DNA from: a virus
Taxonomy: Duplodnaviria; Caudoviricetes
Virus record (IMG/VR): IMGVR_UViG_3300047548_000760
Span: 1 to 60,376 of that record
Length of the DNA stretch: 60,376 bases
Reading direction: 5' to 3' (one strand)
Under the pieces are notes generated by a model. The model was not told the DNA's origin. It searched no databases and was given only the letters and a program-made list of their open reading frames with translations. Shown here one piece after another: positions 1 to 7,900 of this stretch. A program made the translations under genes and the position numbers. Position 1 is the first letter of the stretch; every line of letters begins with the position of its first letter.

Positions 1-97
1 CAATAGGGGGGGTATCGCCACCCTACTCACCCCCTAATGCCAACCAGAACCAAGAACCAAGAACCAATACTTCTTCTTCACTACGTTCAGAAGAAGA
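1..97. repeat. Putative origin inside the initiator gene (ATAGGGGGG iteron-like copies, AGAACCA x3 tract)
   Basis: ATAGGGGGG at 3-11 and again at the window end; aaccagaaccaagaaccaagaaccaa at 42-67; lambdoid origins lie inside the initiator gene. Confidence 0.55.
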
Positions 98-506
98 CAC
101 GCGCAAGCGCGCAAAGCCGGTGCCTTGCCCTGAAGGGGTGAGCGATCAGGTCTGGGGCAGCTTCCTGACACTGCGTCGGGCCAAGAAGGCGCCAGTGACC
201 GAGGCAGCCATGGCCGGGATCGTGCGCGAGGCCGACAAGGCCGGCATTGGCCTGGAGCAGGCCTTGGAGCACTGCTGCGCCCGGGGTTGGACCGGATTCA
301 AGGCCGATTGGGTGCAGCAGCCCAAGGCGCCGCAGCCAGCCCCCCAGGCCCGCGCGCCGGCCGAGTCCTTCCGGGAGCGTGACGAGCGCAACGCTCGGCA
401 GCGATGGGAGGAGATGACGGGGCGAGTGCACCCGGAAAACCTGCAGGCCACGGGCCGCGTGATCGACATCACGCCTGCAGTCATGCCGATCGGAGCTTTG
501 AAATGA
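1..506 (+). CDS. Replication initiator (YdaU/DUF1376-type), C-terminal part; continues from 60017..60376
   Basis: Open from base 3 (IGGVSPPYSPPNANQNQEPRTN...WGSFLTLRRAKKAPVT...RGWTGFKADW), the typical linker and C-terminus of these initiators; stop overlaps the next ATG (ATGA 503-506). Confidence 0.8.
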   Translation, partial: IGGVSPPYSPPNANQNQEPRTNTSSSLRSEEDTRKRAKPVPCPEGVSDQVWGSFLTLRRAKKAPVTEAAMAGIVREADKAGIGLEQALEHCCARGWTGFKADWVQQPKAPQPAPQARAPAESFRERDERNARQRWEEMTGRVHPENLQATGRVIDITPAVMPIGALK

Positions 507-1075
507 CCCTTCCTGTGCGCGTGATTGACCGCCTCTTCGAGCGGCTGCTGGCCACCTACGGGCAGCAGTGGCAGGGCTTGTGGTCAGGTGTGCCCATCGT
601 TGACGTGAAGAGCCTTTGGGCTGCGGAGCTCGCGCTGTTCGCGGACCGCCTGGACGCAATCGGCTGGGCCCTGGAGAACCTGCCGGAGCGCCCGCCTAAC
701 CTCGTGCAGTTCAAGGCCCTGTGCAGGCAGGCGCCCAGGCCGGAGGTTCCCGCGCTGCCGCTGCCGGAGCGCAACCCAGAGCGCATGCGCGAGGCGCTGC
801 AGGGCCTGCGCGCCCTGACCGTTGGAGACCGCGAGGCCAGCGCGCAACTGGCTCGCGTGGGCGGACGGCTGTCCGACGGCCGCACGCCAGCCCAGGCGGT
901 GGTCGATGGCCTCATCAAGCGCGGGGAGGTCGACAGGCTGAACCCCGCCCAGGTTTCGGTATTGCGTGCAGCGGTGTCGGTGCTTCGAGACGACGACGAG
1001 CGGCGCGCAAACCATGTGGTCGCGCGTCACGTCCCGGTGCGCGTGTCGGAAGTCGAGCAGGAGAATCGCTCATGA
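503..1075 (+). CDS. Replication protein P-like (helicase loader/inhibitor)
   Basis: Coupled to the initiator; IDRLFERLLATYG...W...PPNLVQFKALCR pattern. Confidence 0.65.
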   Translation: MTLPVRVIDRLFERLLATYGQQWQGLWSGVPIVDVKSLWAAELALFADRLDAIGWALENLPERPPNLVQFKALCRQAPRPEVPALPLPERNPERMREALQGLRALTVGDREASAQLARVGGRLSDGRTPAQAVVDGLIKRGEVDRLNPAQVSVLRAAVSVLRDDDERRANHVVARHVPVRVSEVEQENRS

Positions 1076-1371
1076 CGCAACTTGCCGTTGAACTGGCGCC
1101 ACCTCAAGCAAGGCGCGGTGACCCCTTTACGAGCCATGACGCTGCCGCAAGTGCGCGCGAACTGCAGGCGCGGCACCACCGGATGATCGTGGACGCCCTG
1201 CGCAGCCATGGCCCGCTGGGCAAGGATCGGATCGCTCAGGTGCTGGGCCTCACGGGTGTGGCGGTGGCGCGGCGCATGAGTGAGCTGCGCACGGCTGGAC
1301 TGGTCGAGGCCACGGGCCGGCGCGTGCGGTCTAACTCAGGCCGGTCCGAAACTGAGTGGAGCGCGGTCTGA
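1072..1371 (+). CDS. Winged-HTH DNA-binding protein
   Basis: ARRGDPFTSHDAA...IAQVLGLTGVAVARRMSEL...GRSETEW; ATGA overlap with the previous gene. Confidence 0.7.
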   Translation: MTQLAVELAPPQARRGDPFTSHDAAASARELQARHHRMIVDALRSHGPLGKDRIAQVLGLTGVAVARRMSELRTAGLVEATGRRVRSNSGRSETEWSAV

Positions 1372-1610
1372 CATGCCCGTATTGCACCGAGGCCCAGCAA
1401 GCGAGGCGCTGCCCGCTGTACATGCTGACCTGTCTGGGTTGCTGCACGCGGCTTGTGCTGAGCACGCATCCGATGAAGCGTCAAGCGGCAGCGATGCTGG
1501 CGGCGATCGAGAGGATGCCGGGCAATCCTGGCCGGGCCGCTGTCTTGGAGTCCGTGGCCCGATGCCTGGAGAAACCGCGCTCTCCTGGGCTGAGGTCCAC
1601 GTCGGAGTGA
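1356..1610 (+). CDS. Small Cys-rich (putative Zn-binding) protein
   Basis: CPYC and CLGC motifs; start uncertain. Confidence 0.55.
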   Translation: MERGLTCPYCTEAQQARRCPLYMLTCLGCCTRLVLSTHPMKRQAAAMLAAIERMPGNPGRAAVLESVARCLEKPRSPGLRSTSE

Positions 1611-1626
1611 AGACGGGGGTTCTCTG

Positions 1627-1998
1627 ATGCGCCTGGGCACGTTCTCCCCGCGGGCCAAGTACGGCAACCGCCGCATCGTCATCGACGGCGAGAAGTTCGA
1701 CTCGCTGGCCGAGGCGCGGCGGTGGAACGAGTTGCTGCTGCTGCAGCGGGCCGGAAAGATCAGCGGCCTGCTGCGTCAGGTTCCGTACGAGTTGGTGCCT
1801 GCTATCCCTCGCGTGCGCAACAAGCCCGGGCAGCGGGCCGTTACCTACGTGGCGGACTTCGTCTACATCGACGGACCGGACTGTGTAGGCCCGCTGGTCG
1901 TTGAGGACGTGAAAGGCGTGCGCACGGAGGTCTACCGGCTCAAGGCCAAGCTGATGCGCTCCGTCCACGGCATCGAGATCACGGAGGTCTCGGCGTGA
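1627..1998 (+). CDS. DUF1064-family PD-(D/E)XK nuclease (putative resolvase)
   Basis: KYGNRR..DG.KFDS.AEA, YVADFVY and VVEDVKG motifs. Confidence 0.85.
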   Translation: MRLGTFSPRAKYGNRRIVIDGEKFDSLAEARRWNELLLLQRAGKISGLLRQVPYELVPAIPRVRNKPGQRAVTYVADFVYIDGPDCVGPLVVEDVKGVRTEVYRLKAKLMRSVHGIEITEVSA

Positions 1999-2195
1999 GC
2001 GTCAAGGTGACGAACGACAAGGCCGCAGCCGTGGACCAGACCTACTACTGGCGCAGCCTGGAAACCTGCCCGTTGTCTGTGAAGGTCCAGTTGCTGACCC
2101 AAGGTGGTGTCGCCGTGTACGGCCAGTATCACCGAGGTGCCAGCGGGTATGTGGGGTGGGCGCCGTTGCCAAAGAAGCCGGAGTGGATGAAATGA
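1995..2195 (+). CDS. Hypothetical phage protein
   Basis: GGAGG RBS, GTGA overlap, high GC at third codon positions. Confidence 0.7.
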   Translation: MSVKVTNDKAAAVDQTYYWRSLETCPLSVKVQLLTQGGVAVYGQYHRGASGYVGWAPLPKKPEWMK

Positions 2196-2695
2196 TCGAC
2201 TTGATTACCTTGCCACGCGCCACGGTGCAGCAGGCGCTGGAGGCGCTGGAACTTGACGCCTACGGCGAGCCACCGAGACATGAGCGTAATGAGGCCATCA
2301 TTGCCCTCAAAGCCGCGCTGGAGCAGCCGGAGCAGGAGCCGGTGGCGTGGATGCACAAAGAGACGGGTCTCTTACGGCGAGAAATTAGTAGGCCCAAGGG
2401 CGCTGATTGGGACGCCAACTATTGGCAACCGCTTTACGCAACAGCGCAGCCAACTGCGGAGGACATTGCTCAAGAGTGGGACTTGTTAAAAGAAACCCAA
2501 GCTGCTTTGCGCGATGCGTGGGCGATCCTCAAGAAGCTCAAGGCAGTGCAAAACGCGGCGCGAGAGTTGGTTGAGTCTGACCCTGACTCAGCGGCAGACA
2601 CTGAGGGCGAAGCGTTTGCAGCATGGTGCGCGTTGGTTGCTGCGATTGACGATGCCGACACCCTGCTGTGCGAATTTGGAGAAAGTCATGAGTAA
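2192..2695 (+). CDS. Hypothetical phage protein (nin-like region)
   Basis: ATGA coupling; QQALEALE...EQEPVAW pattern; lower GC. Confidence 0.7.
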   Translation: MIDLITLPRATVQQALEALELDAYGEPPRHERNEAIIALKAALEQPEQEPVAWMHKETGLLRREISRPKGADWDANYWQPLYATAQPTAEDIAQEWDLLKETQAALRDAWAILKKLKAVQNAARELVESDPDSAADTEGEAFAAWCALVAAIDDADTLLCEFGESHE

Positions 2696-2942
2696 ACCCG
2701 TCGCATACAGATTTAAGAGTCCGCTGTCAGAAGAAGGGCAATGGGAATACGGCAAAGAGCCGCCTGTTGGTAGCCGATGGGAAATTGGCCCCCTCTACAC
2801 CAACCCACCCCGCCGCGAGTGGCAGGGGCTGACGGATACAGAGATTGGAATGGAGTACGTTAAATGGGACGCAACACCGGGGGCTAGCATGGCGGACTTT
2901 GCCCGCGCCATCGAGGCCGCGCTGAAGGAGCGCAACGCATGA
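2688..2942 (+). CDS. Hypothetical phage protein
   Basis: GGAG RBS; MSKPVAY...FARAIEAALKERNA. Confidence 0.7.
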   Translation: MSKPVAYRFKSPLSEEGQWEYGKEPPVGSRWEIGPLYTNPPRREWQGLTDTEIGMEYVKWDATPGASMADFARAIEAALKERNA

Positions 2943-3289
2943 CCCGCGACGACATCATCCGCATGGCGCAGGAGGCTGATCCCGGCTTTGAGGCCGACCC
3001 GCATCTCGGCGAGTCTCTGGTGGGCATGGAAGCCATTGAACGCTTCGCCGCCCTTGTCGCCGATTACGAGTGGAACCGAGCAATAGGAATTGCCAAGGGC
3101 ATGCAGGGGGAACTTCAGGCCAAGTTTGAGCAGACCTACATGCAAGGCGTAATCGCAGGCGCCGCTGCCGAGCGCGAGGCGTGTGCGAAGGAATGCGAAG
3201 CCATAGCGACCGAGACTTACGGCATGGTCAACCTGCACGAATACGGCGAGTGTGCCAACGCTATCCGCGCAAGGGGCAGCCAGGGCTAA
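2939..3289 (+). CDS. Hypothetical phage protein
   Basis: AAGGAG RBS; MTRDDIIRMAQEA...EREACAKEC. Confidence 0.7.
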   Translation: MTRDDIIRMAQEADPGFEADPHLGESLVGMEAIERFAALVADYEWNRAIGIAKGMQGELQAKFEQTYMQGVIAGAAAEREACAKECEAIATETYGMVNLHEYGECANAIRARGSQG

Positions 3290-3471
3290 CTGCCCCCAGG
3301 CTCCCGAGCCTCGTCAATCATCCGGTGCAGCCATGCCGTGCCGCCCAGGCGCACCAGCTTCTCGCGCTGGGCCTGGGTGAGGCGGAACTCGAAGCGGGCC
3401 GACTGCCGAAGGTCGGGAGGGAGCGCAGGGCGCCCGCCCGGGTGCTTGGGCTTCGGTGGTGTCGTGGCCAT
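3286..3471 (-). CDS. Small ribbon-helix-helix-like DNA-binding protein
   Basis: GRPALP...FEFRLTQAQREKL..LGG..WL pattern. Confidence 0.65.
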   Translation of the reverse strand: MATTPPKPKHPGGRPALPPDLRQSARFEFRLTQAQREKLVRLGGTAWLHRMIDEAREPGGS

Positions 3472-3653
3472 CAGAACGGTGCTTCGGGGAGGTCGTCAAG
3501 TGTGACAGGGCGAGCGGGCGCCCTGGCAGGCCGCTGAGGCCATGCTTGGGGCACGGCAAGGGGTGGGTCAGGGGTCAGCGTGCCGAACGGCCAGCAGGCC
3601 GGCGCATTCGGCAGGCGGACGCCCTGCGGTGTGGTGAACGGTGGATTGCTCAC
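3471..3653 (-). CDS. Hypothetical Pro-rich protein ending LDDLPEAPF
   Basis: GTG start overlaps the stop of the upstream small ORF; own stop overlaps the next ATG. Confidence 0.5.
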   Translation of the reverse strand: MSNPPFTTPQGVRLPNAPACWPFGTLTPDPPLAVPQAWPQRPARAPARPVTLDDLPEAPF

Positions 3654-3739
3654 AAGTCTAGCCCGATCAATACGCCCAGGCACAACCCGAACACGATGGC
3701 GAAGACCACGTCCACGAGGCGCAGAGGTTGATCGTGCAT
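3650..3739 (-). CDS. 29-aa single-TM peptide (MHDQPLRLVDVVFAIVFGLCLGVLIGLDL)
   Basis: GAGGAG RBS; hydrophobic; GTGA-coupled to the next ORF; too short for the ORF track. Confidence 0.6.
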   Translation of the reverse strand: MHDQPLRLVDVVFAIVFGLCLGVLIGLDL

Positions 3740-3749
3740 GTTGTGCTCC

Positions 3750-3932
3750 TCAGTCTTCGTCGATGGGCTCATCGACATCGGCCTGCGAGTAACCGGTCAG
3801 GATCTCTGGCCGGAACTTCGACAGGCGGAAGTCCACGCAGCGGTCGCACACGCGGCACAGGGGGATGCCCTGCGCGTCTTGCTCCCACCACGAGTAACCG
3901 TCGTGGCCTTCGAGGCAAGGGTCCTTTGTCAT
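3750..3932 (-). CDS. Hypothetical protein with CxxCxxC motif
   Basis: GAGGG RBS; high GC at third positions. Confidence 0.65.
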   Translation of the reverse strand: MTKDPCLEGHDGYSWWEQDAQGIPLCRVCDRCVDFRLSKFRPEILTGYSQADVDEPIDED

Positions 3933-3949
3933 CGGTTCCCTCGCTTTCG

Positions 3950-4306
3950 TTAGGCGCGCGGCCCGTTGGATCGGCTGTCGTCGTCAACTTCGTCGAGGAA
4001 GTCTGGGCCCACCACGTAGTCGTTCTCGCGCAGCAGCTCCACCGCCTCGCGCGGCAGGCTGAACACGCCGTCGTAGTCGGTCAGTTCCCCGTCCTCGAAC
4101 CACAGCCCGATGTGCTCGACCTCGTCCAGGCTGGGTATGTCCCACTCAATGCAGCCGTACTTGTCGTCCTCCTGCATGTACAGGGTCATGGTGGATTCGT
4201 GCTTGCCCAGGCCACGGCCACCCCACGAACCCTGCAGGCACAAGGCTGCGGTAAAGGTCTTCTCGGCCACTTCGATCATTCGCATGTTGCTGACTCCGTA
4301 CTGCAT
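3950..4306 (-). CDS. Hypothetical acidic protein
   Basis: Good codon bias; probable start near 4285 (GGAG RBS). Confidence 0.65.
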   Translation of the reverse strand: MQYGVSNMRMIEVAEKTFTAALCLQGSWGGRGLGKHESTMTLYMQEDDKYGCIEWDIPSLDEVEHIGLWFEDGELTDYDGVFSLPREAVELLRENDYVVGPDFLDEVDDDSRSNGPRA

Positions 4307-4329
4307 CGGCGACCTTGCCGACGGTAGTT

Positions 4330-4335
4330 ATTGTA
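4330..4335 (-). promoter_or_regulatory. Putative -10 box (TACAAT) for the leftward cassette 3286-4306
   Basis: attgta in the intergenic region; no clear -35. Confidence 0.4.
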
Positions 4336-4386
4336 CGGGCAGAAACTCAGCGTGGATTATCCGAGCGAAGTGCAGGGCTTTGGGTC

Positions 4387-4405
4387 GATGCAAGCGTGGC
4401 AAGGT
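4387..4405 (+). promoter_or_regulatory. Late-motif copy (GATGCAAGCGTGGCAAGGT) before terS
   Basis: Matches five other copies; ATG 7 nt downstream. Confidence 0.65.
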
Positions 4406-4412
4406 TCGGGGC

Positions 4413-4946
4413 ATGGCGTACCCACCCAAAATCGCACCTTCGCAGTGGGCAGAGATCGAGCGGCGCGCAACCGCAGGCGAGAGCGTCACGTCGCTTGCGA
4501 GGGAATTTGGGGTTTCGGAGGCCGCGCTGCGCAAGCGTGGCGTGTCGCAAGGCAAGGTTCGCAAGGTTCGTGAGGTGGCCCAGAAACTGGCTGCAGCCCA
4601 GGCTGAGGTCGATGCTTTGCCGCCTTCGCAGCAGCATCTGGCGCTGTCGCTGGCCGAAGAGATGCGGGCGGTCAGTGCCAATCTGGCCAGTGCTGCGCGC
4701 TACGGATCGGCCACGGCGCAGCGGCTCGCCCAGGCTGCGCATGACGAGATCCAGCGTGCCGAAGTGCTTGACGAGGTGACGCTGCGATCGGTGGCGATGA
4801 TCACGCGCACGGCCAACGAGGCCGGGCAACTGGGCGTGCAGCTTCTGAAGTCCAACGAGGCGGTGCTCAAGGAGGAGGCCGAGCGCGAGGCCAAGCGTGC
4901 GGTCGAGGTCACACGCATCGCCCTGGTGCCCATGTCGGCTGGCTAG
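4413..4946 (+). CDS. terS: Terminase small subunit (probable)
   Basis: N-terminal HTH (WAEIERRATAGESVTSLAREFGVSEAALRK), helical core, C-terminal VTRIALV strand; lies after the nin-like region. Confidence 0.6.
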   Translation: MAYPPKIAPSQWAEIERRATAGESVTSLAREFGVSEAALRKRGVSQGKVRKVREVAQKLAAAQAEVDALPPSQQHLALSLAEEMRAVSANLASAARYGSATAQRLAQAAHDEIQRAEVLDEVTLRSVAMITRTANEAGQLGVQLLKSNEAVLKEEAEREAKRAVEVTRIALVPMSAG

Positions 4947-4947
4947 C

Positions 4948-4966
4948 GTGGCAAGCGTGGCAGGCT
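4948..4966 (+). promoter_or_regulatory. Late-motif copy (GTGGCAAGCGTGGCAGGCT) before the giant gene
   Basis: Exact 15-bp core, intergenic. Confidence 0.7.
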
Positions 4967-4993
4967 CCCCGAGCCTCATTGCCGAGCCTGCCC

Positions 4994-7900
4994 ATGCCAC
5001 TCGTCTTTCCCGATCAAGCCGCCCAGGCGGCCACGCGCCCGGCCTCTGACGCTGCCCAGGCGGCAGCGCAAGGGGTGACGCCCCAGGCCCAGCAACCGGC
5101 GCAGCCTGCCGGCCGGCTCGTGTTTCCGCGCGAGTTGTCTCTGCGGGATGCCGGGTCGATCGCGGCCGATATGGGCACCGCGCTCTGGGAGGGCGCCAAG
5201 AACACCGGCCGCATGCTGGGCGCCACCGGTAACACGGTGGGCGGGAATCTGTCGGGCGTGGACGAGCTTGCGCGATCGCAGGCCGCAGCCGAGGCGCAGT
5301 CACCGGACGCGAAGGCCCTGCTGATGCAGGAGATCCAGCGCCGCAAGGCCGCGAACCCTGATGCTGGGTGGCTGGACGTGATCAAGAACGTCGGCGCCTC
5401 GTTCATCGGTCAGCCCGAGGGCGCGGCGCAGTTTGTGGCCGAGCAGACCCCGAACACGGCGGTCAGCCTGGGCGCTGGCATTGCAGGCGCAAAAGGCGGC
5501 GCCGCACTTGGCAGCCTCATCATGCCCGGCGTGGGCACTGCAGTGGGCGGTGTCGCCGGCTTCCTGGGCGGCATGTTCCTGGGCAACGCCAGCCTGGAGA
5601 TCGGCGGCAAGGCCATGGAGAAGTCGCAGGATCAGGCCCGCACGGGCGGATCCCTGACGGCCGACGATGCAAGCGCTGCCATCCGCGAGGGTTCCGTCAA
5701 GGGCGGCGTCATCACGGCCGTCGATGCTGCGACCCTTGGCGCCGGCCGAGGCGTGGCGCGCCTGTTCAACAAGACCGCTATCGAGGCTGGCGCCCGCGCC
5801 GAGGCCCGAGTGCTTGCCGATGCTGGCGTGGATGTCACCAGCCGCGCTGCCATCGAGCGATCGCTTGCGGCGGACCCGGTGCTGCGCGCAACGGCGCAGG
5901 AGGCCGGCAAGGTAGCCGCTCAGTCTGCGTCCAAGATTGGCAGCCGAGCCGCCACGGGCGGAACGCTGTTGGGTATGGAGACGGTCGGCGAAGGCGCTGG
6001 TGAGTACCTGGGCGAGCTGGCCGCAACGGGCAAGGCCGACAAGTACGACGCGGTGATGGAGGCGATGGCAGGGCTTTCGCAGTCCGTGCCAGAGACCGCC
6101 TGGAGCATGCGTCAGTCGCAGGGCAACGACCTGAGTGCTCGCGGCATCGAGCGCGTTGGCGGGGATCTTCCGCCCGCAGCGCCCGCACCGGCGCCCTCTG
6201 AGCCGCCCGCACCGCCTGCGCCTCCAACCCCACCGGCCGCCCCGAACAACACGATCATCCCGCCTGCCGATGTGCCGCCGCTGGACCCCACAGCGCTGCC
6301 GCCCGACCTGGACGCACAGAACCGCGACCGCACGCGCTCGGCCAGCGTGCTGCAGATGCAGAAGATCGCGCAGAACCCGGACTACCTGCGCGCGGGCCCA
6401 TCCCGCTCGCCCGACACCGGCGCGCCGATGGTGTTCGCGCAGGGCGACGACACGAGCTTGTTCCCGAGCTTCACTCGCGGCCGTGAGGACGTGGCCGTGA
6501 TGTCCGACGGCCAGCGCGTGCCGTTCCAGTACGCGGTGGTCGATGCCAGCCTGCTGCAGCCGTCCAACTTTGCCGACGGCACGCCCAATCCGCTCTTCAA
6601 CAACGAGACGCCCGGCCTTGTGAAGGCCCTGAGCAACGCCCGCAGCGCAGGCCTGCGTGCTGCCTGGGCGCAGGGCACGGCATCGGGCTATGCGGCAGAC
6701 CTTGAGGCCGACACTAAGCAGCACGGAATCTCTGTCGAGGCGATCCGCTCGACGAGCAACCCAGTCCTGGTACGCCTGTACTCGCAGTCCTCGAATACCC
6801 CGGGCATGGCCGCCCGATCGCAGGGGCAAGGCCTGGGCATGTCGCCTGGGGAACTGGCCCGCCAGGATGCGCCGCTGATCGACGGTGGCCTGCTTGCCGT
6901 GTGGCAAGGCGGGGACGTGGCGGATGCCCGAAACCTGGACTTCGTGCGCGGGTTCGTCGGCCGGCTGCAGGGCACCGGCCAGGACCTTGCGGGGATGATG
7001 ACCCAGGCTGGCACGCTCTCGCCGGACGGGCGCAAGCGCATCCAGGCGGCTCTGGCCCAGTCGGCCTACGGCGACTCGGACCTGATCGCCGAGATGTTCG
7101 ACTCCACCGACACCGACATCAAGGCGATCGGCGAAGCGCTCAAGCTCGCCGCGCCCGAGTGGGCCGACATGCGCGACTCTGCGCGCAGCGGGGCGATTGA
7201 CCCTGCAGCCGACATCACGCCGGCCCTGCTGGATGCGGTGGCCATGGTGCGCCGTGCGCGCCAGCAGCGGCAGAGCCTGTCCGACCTTGCACGTCAGACC
7301 GACATCACGACGGGCCAGACGCCTGACCCGATGGTGCTGGGCGCCCTGCGCTTGCTGTACGGCGGGGAGTACCTCACGCGCCCGATGGGCCGCGACCGCA
7401 TGGCCGACTTCCTGCGGGAATACACGCGGCTGGCCAAGGGCATCACGGCCGACGCCGGCCTGTTCGGGGACGCCCCGGCGCCGCTGGACGTGCTCACCGC
7501 ATTGACGAAGGAGACCGCAACCGATGGACAGCAGCAACAACCCGGCGCAGCAGCCGGCACAACCCAGCAGCCCGGCGCGGGCCTCCAGCAACCCAATGGC
7601 GGCAGCAATCCTGGGGGCGATGCTGGTCCGGGAGGGGCAGCGGCAGTACGACCCGGCGACAACGCAGGCGGGGCACAACCTGCTGCGGGTGGCGCAGGAC
7701 CACTGGCCAACACCGATACCGCAGGACAAGCGGCTGCCCAAGGGGTAACTGCGCCCGGCAACCAGCCGATGGTCGGTGATGCGTTTGATCCGACTGGTTG
7801 GTCAGAGCAAGAGAACAAGATCAACAAGAAGACCGGGCAGCCCATGCTTGGCTCCGGGAGGGTTCGCTTCAAGCGCGCAGACGAACGCGGATTTGAGCAA

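Noticed and set aside
5300-7741. 813-aa minus-strand ORF
   Set aside because: Antisense shadow of the giant gene
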